Under the pieces are notes generated by a model. That model ran no database searches. It was not told the origin of the DNA and was given only the letters and a program-made list of their open reading frames with translations. A stretch of DNA of 63,131 nucleotides from the NCBI GenBank assembly GCA_038064735.1, contig JBBTSI010000010.1, forward strand, positions 1 through 63,131, in the 5' to 3' direction. The stretch is from Patescibacteria group bacterium. Lineage in GTDB: Bacteria; Patescibacteriota; Minisyncoccia; Phycocordibacterales; WO2-35-19. A program made the position numbers and the translations under genes. Below, piece by piece: positions 47,269-55,517 of this stretch (position 1 is the stretch's first letter; the number at the start of each line of letters is the position of its first letter).

Positions 47269-47414
47269 CCCCACCCGGACTTCGTCTCGACCTCCCCCTG
47301 TTCGGGGGAGGCAAAACACTACACTCTAGAGTTCTTGCGTTCCCTCCTCGTTCCGTTTGAGTGTTCCCTCACCTGATCAAGGGGAGGGTGACTTGCAAAG
47401 CAAGCGGGGTGGGG
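47269..47414. repeat. 146-bp GC-rich composite element bounded by CCCCACCCG / CGGGGTGGGG
   Basis: Internal hairpins CCTCCCCC-tgttc-GGGGGAGG (47291-47311) and CCCTCACC-tgatcaa-GGGGAGGG (47366-47388); palindrome ACTCTAGAGT. Confidence 0.65.
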
Positions 47415-48527
47415 TTACTTAAAATTCAAAACGACAATTTCAGATTTGGTGCCGACACGTAGAGGCGGACCCCAAGTACCGACACCATCAGAAACAATTA
47501 TCTGCATATTGCCGTACTGTTTTTGACCATAGTCATAACCTCTGTAAATAAGTTTAGTAACCAAAGAGAGTGGATACATTTGCGCTCGATGAGTATGGCC
47601 GGAAATTTGCAAACTGACACCAAACTTTTCAGCTATATCAAGTTGGAAAGGTTGATGTTTAAGTAAAATGGTCGGAGCACCTTTTTGAATTTTTAAACCA
47701 ATCAAAATATTTTCAAAAATATCTTTCTGAGTAGAATCCCTATCATCAACACCAATAATGTTGAGTCCTTCCAAATTTATCATTTCATTATTCAAAATTC
47801 GAATACCGGCCGCTTTGACAGCATCTACATAATGAGCGTTATCGCCAAACTCTTCATGATTACCAGTGATAAAATAAACACCAAGCGATGGGTGCAATTC
47901 TTTAAATGGCGCAATGGCAGCCGCCTCATCTATTTTGACACCATCATAAAGATCACCACCAATAAAAACAATATCTGGATTTTCTTTTTTTATAGCGAGG
48001 GCTATCCGGCTTGAATATTCTACATTGTGGACTTGATCAAGGTGTACGTCACTAATCCAAATCGCTTTTTTACCCAGCCAACTTGACGACAGATTTGGGA
48101 TGGAAACATCATATCTGGTGAAGCTCAAATGTCCTGCATTCCAAAGACCGTAGACACTTACAACTAATGCAAAAACAACAAGACTTTTGCCTAATATTGA
48201 AATGGAAGTCGGTAAAAGATTGCCAAATATGGCAGACAAAATCGCATAAATAGCCACCGCCAAAAGCAAATAAAAAAGAATGCCATACCAAGAAGCGGAA
48301 ATTGTATAAAATATTCTGGTAAAAAAATTGTTGTACTTGGAAGCAAGTAGCATAGCAAATACAAAAGCCACACCAAAAACAATAAGGAAAATTTTGAGTG
48401 AAAGAAGTGTCGTTTGTGAAGACAAAGCAAATATGGTGACAAGGCTTTTATAAACAGCCAAATGCGCCAAAAATAAAATAACAAGAGAAACAAAAATAAT
48501 AATGAAAAATACCGCTGACATGCGCAT
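47415..48527 (-). CDS. membrane-anchored metallophosphoesterase
   Basis: Several N-terminal TM helices; calcineurin-like motifs ISDVHLD, GGDLYDG, GNHE, GHTH. Confidence 0.8.
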   Translation of the reverse strand: MRMSAVFFIIIFVSLVILFLAHLAVYKSLVTIFALSSQTTLLSLKIFLIVFGVAFVFAMLLASKYNNFFTRIFYTISASWYGILFYLLLAVAIYAILSAIFGNLLPTSISILGKSLVVFALVVSVYGLWNAGHLSFTRYDVSIPNLSSSWLGKKAIWISDVHLDQVHNVEYSSRIALAIKKENPDIVFIGGDLYDGVKIDEAAAIAPFKELHPSLGVYFITGNHEEFGDNAHYVDAVKAAGIRILNNEMINLEGLNIIGVDDRDSTQKDIFENILIGLKIQKGAPTILLKHQPFQLDIAEKFGVSLQISGHTHRAQMYPLSLVTKLIYRGYDYGQKQYGNMQIIVSDGVGTWGPPLRVGTKSEIVVLNFK

Positions 48528-48538
48528 ATTATATCACT

Positions 48539-49093
48539 TTATTTTTTGACAGCGATTTTCTTGAAAGGAAAGTCTAGAGCTTTGAAAAATTCCAAAGTAT
48601 CGGCTTTATTTTTGAGATTAGTGACGATGGTAGCGCTAAAACCGAAAACATCTTTGAGATCTTCATCGGCAGTTTCAGGGAAAACGGTGTGCTCTTTGAT
48701 TGAAAGTGTGTAATTACCCATTTCATCAACAGCAGTCGGCGAAATACCTCTGAAGTCTTTGGTGCGAGGAAGCGCCACATTGAAAAGTCTGTCTAGGAAG
48801 CTCCACATTTTTTCACCACGCAGAGTGATTTGGACGCCGACAATATCACCCTCTCTAGATTTGAAAGAAGCGATAGATTTTTTGGCTCCCCTTTTTATAG
48901 GTTTTTGGCCAGTTATTTTGGCAAGTCTGTCAGTAACGATATCAATTTTCTTTTTATCATTCAAAGAGCCGACACCGGAATTAACCACGACTTTCACGAT
49001 TTTTGGAGCCTGCATAATATTTTTCAGACCCAATTTTTCTTTGAGTTCTTTGAATGCGTCTTTGGTTTTTGCTTTCATTAATTTGGTTGCCAT
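48539..49093 (-). CDS. rplE: 50S ribosomal protein L5
   Basis: MATKLMKAKT...APKIVKVVVNSGVG... The track ORF runs on to 49147 across the GC-rich element, so the ATG at 49093 is preferred. Confidence 0.9.
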   Translation of the reverse strand: MATKLMKAKTKDAFKELKEKLGLKNIMQAPKIVKVVVNSGVGSLNDKKKIDIVTDRLAKITGQKPIKRGAKKSIASFKSREGDIVGVQITLRGEKMWSFLDRLFNVALPRTKDFRGISPTAVDEMGNYTLSIKEHTVFPETADEDLKDVFGFSATIVTNLKNKADTLEFFKALDFPFKKIAVKK

Positions 49094-49132
49094 ATTGTTT
49101 TTTATTATTTTTTTCTTTTTCCTTTCCCTTTT

Positions 49133-49165
49133 CCCTCCCCTGATCAAGGGGAGGGTTAGGGTGGG
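49133..49165. repeat. GC-rich hairpin / G-tract element inside the r-protein operon
   Basis: CCCTCCCC-tgatcaa-GGGGAGGG then TTAGGGTGGGG; same architecture as 47366-47414. Confidence 0.65.
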
Positions 49166-49169
49166 GTTT

Positions 49170-49388
49170 TTATTTTTCTTTCCTTACATTAGAAACGTGA
49201 ACTGGCGTAGCTTGCTCTATTATTTTGCCTTTTTCACCGCTCTTTTTTGGTCTCTTATGTAATTTCTTTTTATTTATACCTTCAACCAAAACTTGTGAGG
49301 TTTTTGGGAAAGCTCTTATAACCACACCGGATTTGCTTTTATCCTTGCCTGTTATGATTGTTACTTTGTCTCCTTTTTTTATTTTCAT
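49170..49388 (-). CDS. rplX: 50S ribosomal protein L24
   Basis: MKIKKGDKVTIITGKDKSKSGVV (KOW motif). Confidence 0.9.
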   Translation of the reverse strand: MKIKKGDKVTIITGKDKSKSGVVIRAFPKTSQVLVEGINKKKLHKRPKKSGEKGKIIEQATPVHVSNVRKEK

Positions 49389-49393
49389 GATAT

Positions 49394-49771
49394 TTATATT
49401 ACTTCCGGTGCCAAAGTCACTATCGCTTGCATGCCTAATTCAGCGATTTCTCTAGGAATAGGACCAAAGATTCTACCGGCTTTAGGGACAATTTCACCTT
49501 TTTTCTGTTCTACGACGACGACAGCATTTTCATCAAAACGAATATAAGAACCATCTTTCCTGCGCAATGGCGCTTTTTGGCGGACTACCAATCCCAAAAG
49601 TACCGCTTTCTTTTTTATTTCTTTACGAGGTTCAGCTTTTTGCACGGAAAAAATAACCAACTCACCTATTCTGGCGTATCTCTTTTTGGAACTGCCTAGC
49701 ACTTTGAAAACGCGTCCTATTTTGGCGCCAGAGTTGTCGGCTACTTTTACTATTGATCTTGGTTGAATCAT
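49394..49771 (-). CDS. rplN: 50S ribosomal protein L14
   Basis: MIQPRSIVKVADNSGAK... Confidence 0.95.
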   Translation of the reverse strand: MIQPRSIVKVADNSGAKIGRVFKVLGSSKKRYARIGELVIFSVQKAEPRKEIKKKAVLLGLVVRQKAPLRRKDGSYIRFDENAVVVVEQKKGEIVPKAGRIFGPIPREIAELGMQAIVTLAPEVI

Positions 49772-49775
49772 GTTA

Positions 49776-50051
49776 TTAGTTTACTACAATGAAATGCTTA
49801 TCTTTTGATATCGGTCTGGTTTCTTTTATTTCCACTTTGTCTCCTATTTTTTTGGTATTACCAACATCATGAGCTTTAAATTTCTTGCTGACCTTATAAT
49901 ATTTTTTGTATTTTTGATGCTTCACGAATCTGGTTACCGAAACGGTGCAAGTGTCTTTCATTTTGTCAGACACGACTACTCCGCTCAAAGTTTTGCTGGA
50001 CTTTAAAGCTACCTTTTCTTCTGTATTCTTTTTTACTTCTTTTTTTGCCAT
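49776..50051 (-). CDS. rpsQ: 30S ribosomal protein S17
   Basis: [18 protein letters not shown]...KKFKAHD...[11 protein letters not shown]. Confidence 0.9.
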   Translation of the reverse strand: MAKKEVKKNTEEKVALKSSKTLSGVVVSDKMKDTCTVSVTRFVKHQKYKKYYKVSKKFKAHDVGNTKKIGDKVEIKETRPISKDKHFIVVN

Positions 50052-50053
50052 TT

Positions 50054-50236
50054 TTATTTGTTATTTAAAGCTGTCATTATTCTTGCAATATCTTTCTTTA
50101 TGTTTTTTTGCTCTTTTACGTTTTTGCTTTTACTTCCACTGGCACCAAATCTGATATCACGAAGTTGCAAGCGTTTTTCACTAAACTCTTTTATCAAATC
50201 AACTTCACTTTTTTTGGTTTTGATTTCTTTTTTCAT
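50054..50236 (-). CDS. rpmC: 50S ribosomal protein L29
   Basis: 60 aa; [11 protein letters not shown]...[10 protein letters not shown]. Confidence 0.85.
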   Translation of the reverse strand: MKKEIKTKKSEVDLIKEFSEKRLQLRDIRFGASGSKSKNVKEQKNIKKDIARIMTALNNK

Positions 50237-50248
50237 CTCATTTATATA

Positions 50249-50668
50249 TTATGCTCTTTCCACTATTTTGGTCTTAATAGGCATTTTGGTACCGCCTTTG
50301 CGGAGCGACTCAACAGCTATCGGAGAAAGTGCTCCATCTACTTCAAACATCACTTGTCCAGCCAAAACTCTGGCGCAGTATCCTTCGATATCTCCTTTAC
50401 CTTTACCCATTTTTACTTCAGCTGGTTTTTTGGTGAAAGGCATATCAGGGAAAATACGGATCCAAACTCTGCCGGTTTTGCCCAAACTTCGGGTTATAGC
50501 TTTTCTGGCTGATTCAATCTGATTGGAAGTAATCCTGCCCGGAGCCATCGCTTTAAGTCCGTGAGAACCAAAGGCCACAGTAATACCACGAGTAGCTGGC
50601 CCAACTTTGTTTGGGTTTTCACGCATAGTTTGCCACTTTCTGTATTTAACTTTTTTAGGGAATAACAT
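50249..50668 (-). CDS. rplP: 50S ribosomal protein L16
   Basis: MLFPKKVKYRKWQ...IESARKAITR...MGKGKGDIEGY. Confidence 0.95.
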   Translation of the reverse strand: MLFPKKVKYRKWQTMRENPNKVGPATRGITVAFGSHGLKAMAPGRITSNQIESARKAITRSLGKTGRVWIRIFPDMPFTKKPAEVKMGKGKGDIEGYCARVLAGQVMFEVDGALSPIAVESLRKGGTKMPIKTKIVERA

Positions 50669-50683
50669 GGTAGTAATTTAAAA

Positions 50684-51343
50684 TTATTTCTTAGCAAATA
50701 TGTCTCCCTTATAAATCCAAACTTTGATGCCAATTTTTCCAAGCGGAAGATAAGCTTCATAAAGCGCATAATCAATGTCAGCGCGCAAAGTCTGAAGCGG
50801 TATACGGCCGACTTTTTTGCTTTCTACTCTAGCCATGTTGGAACCGCCCATGATACCAGAAAGAGTAATTTTGACCCCCTTCACATCACGGTTAGCAAAA
50901 GCTTTTTCAATCATAGTTTTCATCACTCTGCGGAAAGGCATTCTCTTTTCCAGACCTTCAGCCACCATTTGAGCAGCGATCATAGCGCTTGATTCCGGAG
51001 ATTTCACCTCTTTTACATCAATTTTCAATTCTTCTTTGATATTCAATTTTCTACGGGTCATAAATCGGATAACATCGTCTCTGAGTTTAATCATACCCTC
51101 ACCACTGCGACCAATAATGAAGCCCGGGCGGGATGATTCAATGATGATTCTGAAAGTTTTAACCCCCCTTTCAATTTCAATAGAGTTAACGAAAGCGCCT
51201 TTCAAACGTTTTTTCAAATATTCATATATCAAAACATCACCTTTCAAATTTTCTTTGTATTTGGCTTTCACACCAAACCAACGTGACCTCCAGTCGCGGA
51301 TAATACCAAGTCTATGTGCATATGGATGTACAGTGTGTGTCAT
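50684..51343 (-). CDS. rpsC: 30S ribosomal protein S3
   Basis: HTVHPYAHRLGIIRDWRSRWF...; KH domain. Confidence 0.95.
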   Translation of the reverse strand: MTHTVHPYAHRLGIIRDWRSRWFGVKAKYKENLKGDVLIYEYLKKRLKGAFVNSIEIERGVKTFRIIIESSRPGFIIGRSGEGMIKLRDDVIRFMTRRKLNIKEELKIDVKEVKSPESSAMIAAQMVAEGLEKRMPFRRVMKTMIEKAFANRDVKGVKITLSGIMGGSNMARVESKKVGRIPLQTLRADIDYALYEAYLPLGKIGIKVWIYKGDIFAKK

Positions 51344-51344
51344 G

Positions 51345-51683
51345 TTATTTCAATTTTTCAACTAAAGAAATTTTAATATGTGAAGTTCTTTTATGAATAG
51401 TGTGAGCTGAACCGTGAGCTGCCGGTCTGCGTCGATAAAGTATTTTACCACCATCAACAGTGATAGCTTTGACGAAAAGGTTGTCAACGCTTGCACCTAG
51501 GTCTTTGGCATTGGCAATAGCGGAATTGAGAAGTTTGTGCAAAGGGCCAGTGGCTCTCTTGGTAATAAAATCCAATCTGTTCTTGGCTTCCTTGACCGAT
51601 TTGCCACGGATAGCACCTGCAACAAGTCTCACCTTCCTAGGCGATTGTCTGTAATTATTCAGTTGTGCAGTGATTTCGTTCAT
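51345..51683 (-). CDS. rplV: 50S ribosomal protein L22
   Basis: QSPRKVRLVAGAIRGKSV... Confidence 0.92.
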   Translation of the reverse strand: MNEITAQLNNYRQSPRKVRLVAGAIRGKSVKEAKNRLDFITKRATGPLHKLLNSAIANAKDLGASVDNLFVKAITVDGGKILYRRRPAAHGSAHTIHKRTSHIKISLVEKLK

Positions 51684-51692
51684 GATTTAAAA

Positions 51693-52034
51693 TTATTTTT
51701 TAGCTGCAGCAGCTTCTTTAGCACCCTTTACTGCGGTTATTTCATCTTGTTTTTTCTTGGCTTCAAGGTCTTTTTGCATCTTACCACCGTGTTTGATGAA
51801 TTTGCGAGTCAATGAAAATTCGCCCAATCTGTGACCTACCATATCTTCACTCACCAAAACTTCTACATGATCTCTGCCATTGTGCACTCCAAAAATGAAA
51901 CCCACCATCTCGGGAGAGATGACACAAGCTCTAGACCACGTCTTAATCACCCCAGTTTCCTGTGGCTTTTTGCCTTCTATTTTTTTGAGAACCCTCGGAT
52001 CAACGTAAGGTCCTTTTTTGAGCGATCGTGACAT
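51693..52034 (-). CDS. rpsS: 30S ribosomal protein S19 with Lys/Ala-rich C-terminal extension
   Basis: [12 protein letters not shown]...[14 protein letters not shown]...HNGRDHV...MVGHRLGEF. Confidence 0.93.
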   Translation of the reverse strand: MSRSLKKGPYVDPRVLKKIEGKKPQETGVIKTWSRACVISPEMVGFIFGVHNGRDHVEVLVSEDMVGHRLGEFSLTRKFIKHGGKMQKDLEAKKKQDEITAVKGAKEAAAAKK

Positions 52035-52126
52035 AAAAACAGATAATATTAATCCCGCTTAGCGGGACTACAATATACTACCAAATAAGGATTTATTGTC
52101 AAACCCTGTGAAATTCTGTATAGCAG

Positions 52127-52145
52127 AAAACGGCAAAGCCGTTTT
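52127..52145 (-). terminator. weak or bidirectional hairpin terminator after the exonuclease gene
   Basis: AAAACGGC-aaa-GCCGTTTT nested inside a longer CCCTGTGAAA...TTTCACAGGG inverted repeat (52104-52154). Confidence 0.4.
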
Positions 52146-52187
52146 TTCACAGGGTCAAACCCTATAAAACCCTCGAAAAATGGCCAT

Positions 52188-52898
52188 TTACACTTTCAAA
52201 TAGTATTTCAGCGTATAAATCCAATCCTCGTCATCTGGGTCATCTTGTAATTTAGTCCGCAGGAACCATTCCAAATACCCTCGGTCAGCCGCCAAAACTT
52301 CTTCAATCTTTTTATCTTTGTGTTTACCAAAACTAAATTTCACAAATATAGAAGGTGTTTTTGAAATCTCAATCATCTCTTTTATAGCCTTCTCTTCGCT
52401 TCCAGCTGTTGTTTTGATTTTAGAAAATAATCTTTCAAACAAAGCCTCTAAAACATTTACATCTCCTTCGGCATCATGGGCATTACCTTCTATTTCCAAA
52501 CCGAGATAATACCTCAAATATTGTAAATTATGTTCAGGAATAACCCCCTCTTTATCCAAATACCGAGCCACTCGCAAAGTACAAATAAACTTCGAAACCT
52601 TGAGCCCTTCTGCTTCAAGCATCGCGATATCAAACTTGGCATTGTGTGCCACCAAGACTCCATCTTTAAGTAAAACTTCCAAATCTTTTTTCATTTGGCT
52701 TCCTTCAAAAGCTAGCTTGTCTACAAGTATCTTGTCAGTGATATGAGTGATACTCATTGATTTGACTGTCATCGGTACAGGAGGTTTAAAATATTCAGTC
52801 CTTGGCTCTCCTTTGCCTACCTTATAGCAAACCTGACAAAGCCTATCTTTGTCTGCTTCAACCCCCGTCGTCTCGGTATCTAAAAATATAAGATTCAT
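52188..52898 (-). CDS. DEDDh 3'-5' exonuclease (DnaQ/epsilon-like) with extra C-terminal domain
   Basis: Exo motifs FLDTETTG, HNAKFDIAML, HDAEGDV. Confidence 0.8.
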   Translation of the reverse strand: MNLIFLDTETTGVEADKDRLCQVCYKVGKGEPRTEYFKPPVPMTVKSMSITHITDKILVDKLAFEGSQMKKDLEVLLKDGVLVAHNAKFDIAMLEAEGLKVSKFICTLRVARYLDKEGVIPEHNLQYLRYYLGLEIEGNAHDAEGDVNVLEALFERLFSKIKTTAGSEEKAIKEMIEISKTPSIFVKFSFGKHKDKKIEEVLAADRGYLEWFLRTKLQDDPDDEDWIYTLKYYLKV

Positions 52899-52913
52899 TT
52901 AATTATTTATGTT

Positions 52914-53489
52914 TTATTTTTCAATCAAAACCGGTATCTCCAAAGCATCATCATGTTCAGGTAAACCAGAAGGATTATCTTTGCGCAGTATGAGAGCTCC
53001 TCTATTACTATAAACATTTTCATCGGGTGTGAATTCCAAAATTGCAGTAAACGGTACAAAATTTTCTGTCATCCAATCTTCCTCTGCTGTAGCGATACCT
53101 TGAGCGATAATACGTCCATCCCAATCAACCAGAAAAACTGGAAAGCTCGCTTCAAAAAACCAAACTCCTCGAGCTTGACCGGAGATAGTGAGCGGACTTT
53201 TCACCACTTGATTTGGTCGCGGAGTATCTAGTCGTATCAAATCAGATTTATCCAATTCATTGCCGATATTTTCAGTGAAATTATTATCTCCGTCCCGACA
53301 TTGCCTTGGATAGCTCTCCATCACCGGATTGCCAGCAGCCACACATTCTTCAAAATTTGTAACAGTAGCAGTCTGCTTAGTTTTCCCCATCCTCGAAAAC
53401 CACACTACCAAACCCGCAATAATCACTATCAAAAGCACTATGAGCCCTATGGCCATGACCACAGTCTTTTTGTTGGAAGGATTATCCAT
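52914..53489 (-). CDS. membrane-anchored Gmad2-like immunoglobulin-fold protein
   Basis: VKSPLTISGQARGVWFFEASFPVFLVDWDGRIIAQG resembles Gmad2 domains. The track ORF begins at 53510; the internal ATG at 53489 avoids overlap with the small Cys-rich ORF. Confidence 0.55.
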   Translation of the reverse strand: MDNPSNKKTVVMAIGLIVLLIVIIAGLVVWFSRMGKTKQTATVTNFEECVAAGNPVMESYPRQCRDGDNNFTENIGNELDKSDLIRLDTPRPNQVVKSPLTISGQARGVWFFEASFPVFLVDWDGRIIAQGIATAEEDWMTENFVPFTAILEFTPDENVYSNRGALILRKDNPSGLPEHDDALEIPVLIEK

Positions 53490-53494
53490 AAACT

Positions 53495-53644
53495 TTATTT
53501 TTTGTGGCATTCACAATCGCAATCAGGACCACATTCACCTTCGATGCATTCACATTTCCCTTCTTCGCATTTGCAATCTCCTTCACAGTCACACTTACTT
53601 TCTTCATTATTTTTTTCTACATTTTCTATATTTTCTTCTTCCAT
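53495..53644 (-). CDS. unlisted 49-aa Cys-rich, metallothionein-like small protein
   Basis: Manual translation: MEEENIENVEKNNEESKCDCEGDCKCEEGKCECIEGECGPDCDCECHKK. 10 Cys (five CxC pairs) plus 1 His in the last 32 residues. Below the 60-aa track cutoff. Confidence 0.55.
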   Translation of the reverse strand: MEEENIENVEKNNEESKCDCEGDCKCEEGKCECIEGECGPDCDCECHKK

Positions 53645-53691
53645 ATTATTTAATATTAACTAATAACCTATAACAAATCAGTATAACATTT

Positions 53692-54090
53692 TCATTTTAA
53701 CCTGACCTCTTTCAATGCCAACCTCAACTTTTTATAATCCGGCATAGCTAAGCCTACCAAATCCCAAAATCGGCTAGAATGATTAAATTCTTTGAGATGA
53801 CAAAGCTCATGTACGATGAGATAATCCGCCAATCGAGAAGGCAAAAACACAATCCGATAATTGAAATTCAAGTTATGTTTAGTAGAACAGCTCCCCCACC
53901 GGCTCTTAGTGTTTCTGATGAAAATTTTGTTGGGAGAAACCCCATAAACCCCAGCAAAAAATTCCACCCGAGCTTGCACCAACTCACGAGCTCGCTCTTT
54001 ATTTTCCAAATAATTTTTCCGCGACGAAATACTCACTACTCTCCTCCGCCTTCTTATCTTCCTCCTTTTAAATATATAAAACAGATTCAT
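53692..54090 (-). CDS. YgjP/DUF45-type (M48-like) zinc metallopeptidase
   Basis: HELCHLKEFNHSSRFW motif. Confidence 0.75.
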   Translation of the reverse strand: MNLFYIFKRRKIRRRRRVVSISSRKNYLENKERARELVQARVEFFAGVYGVSPNKIFIRNTKSRWGSCSTKHNLNFNYRIVFLPSRLADYLIVHELCHLKEFNHSSRFWDLVGLAMPDYKKLRLALKEVRLK

Positions 54091-54116
54091 CCTTCAAATC
54101 ATACCTTATTACCAAA

Positions 54117-54146
54117 ACGGCTCAACGACCTGTGCCGTTGAGCCAT
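54117..54146 (-). terminator. terminator hairpin, conserved-stem family
   Basis: ACGGCTCAACG-acctgtgc-CGTTGAGCC; a T-run on both sides (bidirectional). Confidence 0.6.
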
Positions 54147-54170
54147 TCTTTTATTTTAAAAATCAATAAT

Positions 54171-54506
54171 TTATCCTATCGAAAGAAGTACTATTGCCAC
54201 CATTGCTGTAATAACTCCTATGATCCCCAAAGTGCTAAGTTTTTCACCAAATATCAGCACACCTATAAGTACAGTAGCCACAAGACTCATCACTGACCAG
54301 ATGGTCCCAGCGATGGAAAGCGAGTTTTTCTGCAATATAGCCGGCAACCAGGCCAGCGTCCCCAAAGCATATATGCAAACAATTAAAATCACATAAGGCA
54401 GTTTTGGCGAAAGCGCAAACTTTTTTGAAAGAAATTCACCCCCTGCAAAAAACAAAGCCGACACTACCAGCCAAACAATATAATTTATAGACAAAATAAA
54501 TTTCAT
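54171..54506 (-). CDS. small 4-TM DMT/SMR-like membrane protein
   Basis: 111 aa, four hydrophobic helices, EamA-half-like. Confidence 0.5.
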   Translation of the reverse strand: MKFILSINYIVWLVVSALFFAGGEFLSKKFALSPKLPYVILIVCIYALGTLAWLPAILQKNSLSIAGTIWSVMSLVATVLIGVLIFGEKLSTLGIIGVITAMVAIVLLSIG

Positions 54507-54510
54507 AAAT

Positions 54511-54828
54511 TTATTTCAAATCTTCATCTTTTGGAATTCCCCACTGCCAGCGTGGCTTCTCACCTTTTTTGTAGCAAATAAGAATTAACAATATTACCGC
54601 CACCGCTATTTTTACGAAAAACCATGTCAGTGTAGTGTCTGTTGGCTCAGATCCCAGACTAAGCCCGTTCCAAACCAAAAAAGCAACGAAAGCTAAGATA
54701 ACCAGCCACCCCTGCCACTTGACCGGCGTCCAGCCCCAGCCATAAAGCTTCCTCTTGAACCAAAACCCTTCCGGATTATTTTTATAATATTCTTTGTATT
54801 TTTCAAACATATTTATCCCCACGACCAA
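54511..54828 (-). CDS. hypothetical membrane protein (YGWGWTP motif)
   Basis: 105 aa, two TM helices; the start may be the internal ATG at 54810. Confidence 0.45.
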   Translation of the reverse strand: MVVGINMFEKYKEYYKNNPEGFWFKRKLYGWGWTPVKWQGWLVILAFVAFLVWNGLSLGSEPTDTTLTWFFVKIAVAVILLILICYKKGEKPRWQWGIPKDEDLK

Positions 54829-54829
54829 C

Positions 54830-55090
54830 TTAGCTTATAAAAATACTTTCTTTTATCCTAACTTTAAGTTGAGCTAATGCTCTGCCATCTAATTTTAGAT
54901 TATGCTCCCTTTTTCTAGCATCACTCTCTGAAGTGTATGATTCATAGTATACAAGATTAAATGGGGCTCTGCTTTTTGTTGAACGCGCTTTTCCTGAATT
55001 ATGTTCTTGAAAGCGTCTCTTTAAGTCATTAGTTGAACCCACGTAAAGATTGTTATCTTTTTTACTTTTCAAAACATATACGTAGAACAT
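54830..55090 (-). CDS. GIY-YIG nuclease superfamily protein (stand-alone domain)
   Basis: FYVYVLKSKKDNNLYVGSTNDLKRRFQEHN. Confidence 0.8.
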   Translation of the reverse strand: MFYVYVLKSKKDNNLYVGSTNDLKRRFQEHNSGKARSTKSRAPFNLVYYESYTSESDARKREHNLKLDGRALAQLKVRIKESIFIS

Positions 55091-55118
55091 AATTCTTAAG
55101 CTAAGTTGGTGTGGGGAT

Positions 55119-55517
55119 TTACCTATTTATAAAAGTAATAGTAAGTTGGAGGATAGTGGCAAAGGCAACCCAAAGCAAATACGGAGCTTGAGCATAAGCG
55201 ACGAAGCGTTGATGCGGCCAGATGGCGATTATTGCCCAGACCAGTGTCCCGAGGACGAGCAAGATATCGACGGCCGCGAGCAAATTATTTTGTAGCCCAA
55301 ACTGGATAGGTGTGAAAGCAAGATTGAAAACCAAATTCAAAATGAAAGGCAATAAAACAACGAAAGGAATCTGTTTTTTAAAAAACATAATGAAAACTTT
55401 GCCGAATGAAATAGCAATGAGGCAATAAAGGAAAGTCCATACCGGTCCAAAGAGCCACCCTGGTGGCGCCCAGCTTGGTTTGATTAATTGCGAATACCAA
55501 TTGTATGTGTTGTTCAT
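55119..55517 (-). CDS. tspO: TspO/MBR family tryptophan-rich sensory protein (short)
   Basis: KPSWAPPGWLFGPVWTFLY motif; 4-5 TM helices. Confidence 0.75.
   Translation of the reverse strand: MNNTYNWYSQLIKPSWAPPGWLFGPVWTFLYCLIAISFGKVFIMFFKKQIPFVVLLPFILNLVFNLAFTPIQFGLQNNLLAAVDILLVLGTLVWAIIAIWPHQRFVAYAQAPYLLWVAFATILQLTITFINR

Noticed and set aside
52072-52102. Promoter for the rpsS operon (minus-strand TTGACA at 52102-52097 with a TATATT-like -10)
   Set aside because: The spacer would be about 19 nt for the best -10 hexamer, and alternative hexamers are poor. The evidence is too weak to call.
53301-53673. Two overlapping plus-strand ORFs (120 and 114 aa)
   Set aside because: They run antisense to the Gmad2-like gene and to the much more plausible Cys-rich 49-aa minus-strand ORF. 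Their His/Ser/Leu-rich translations look like the complement of Cys/Glu codons.
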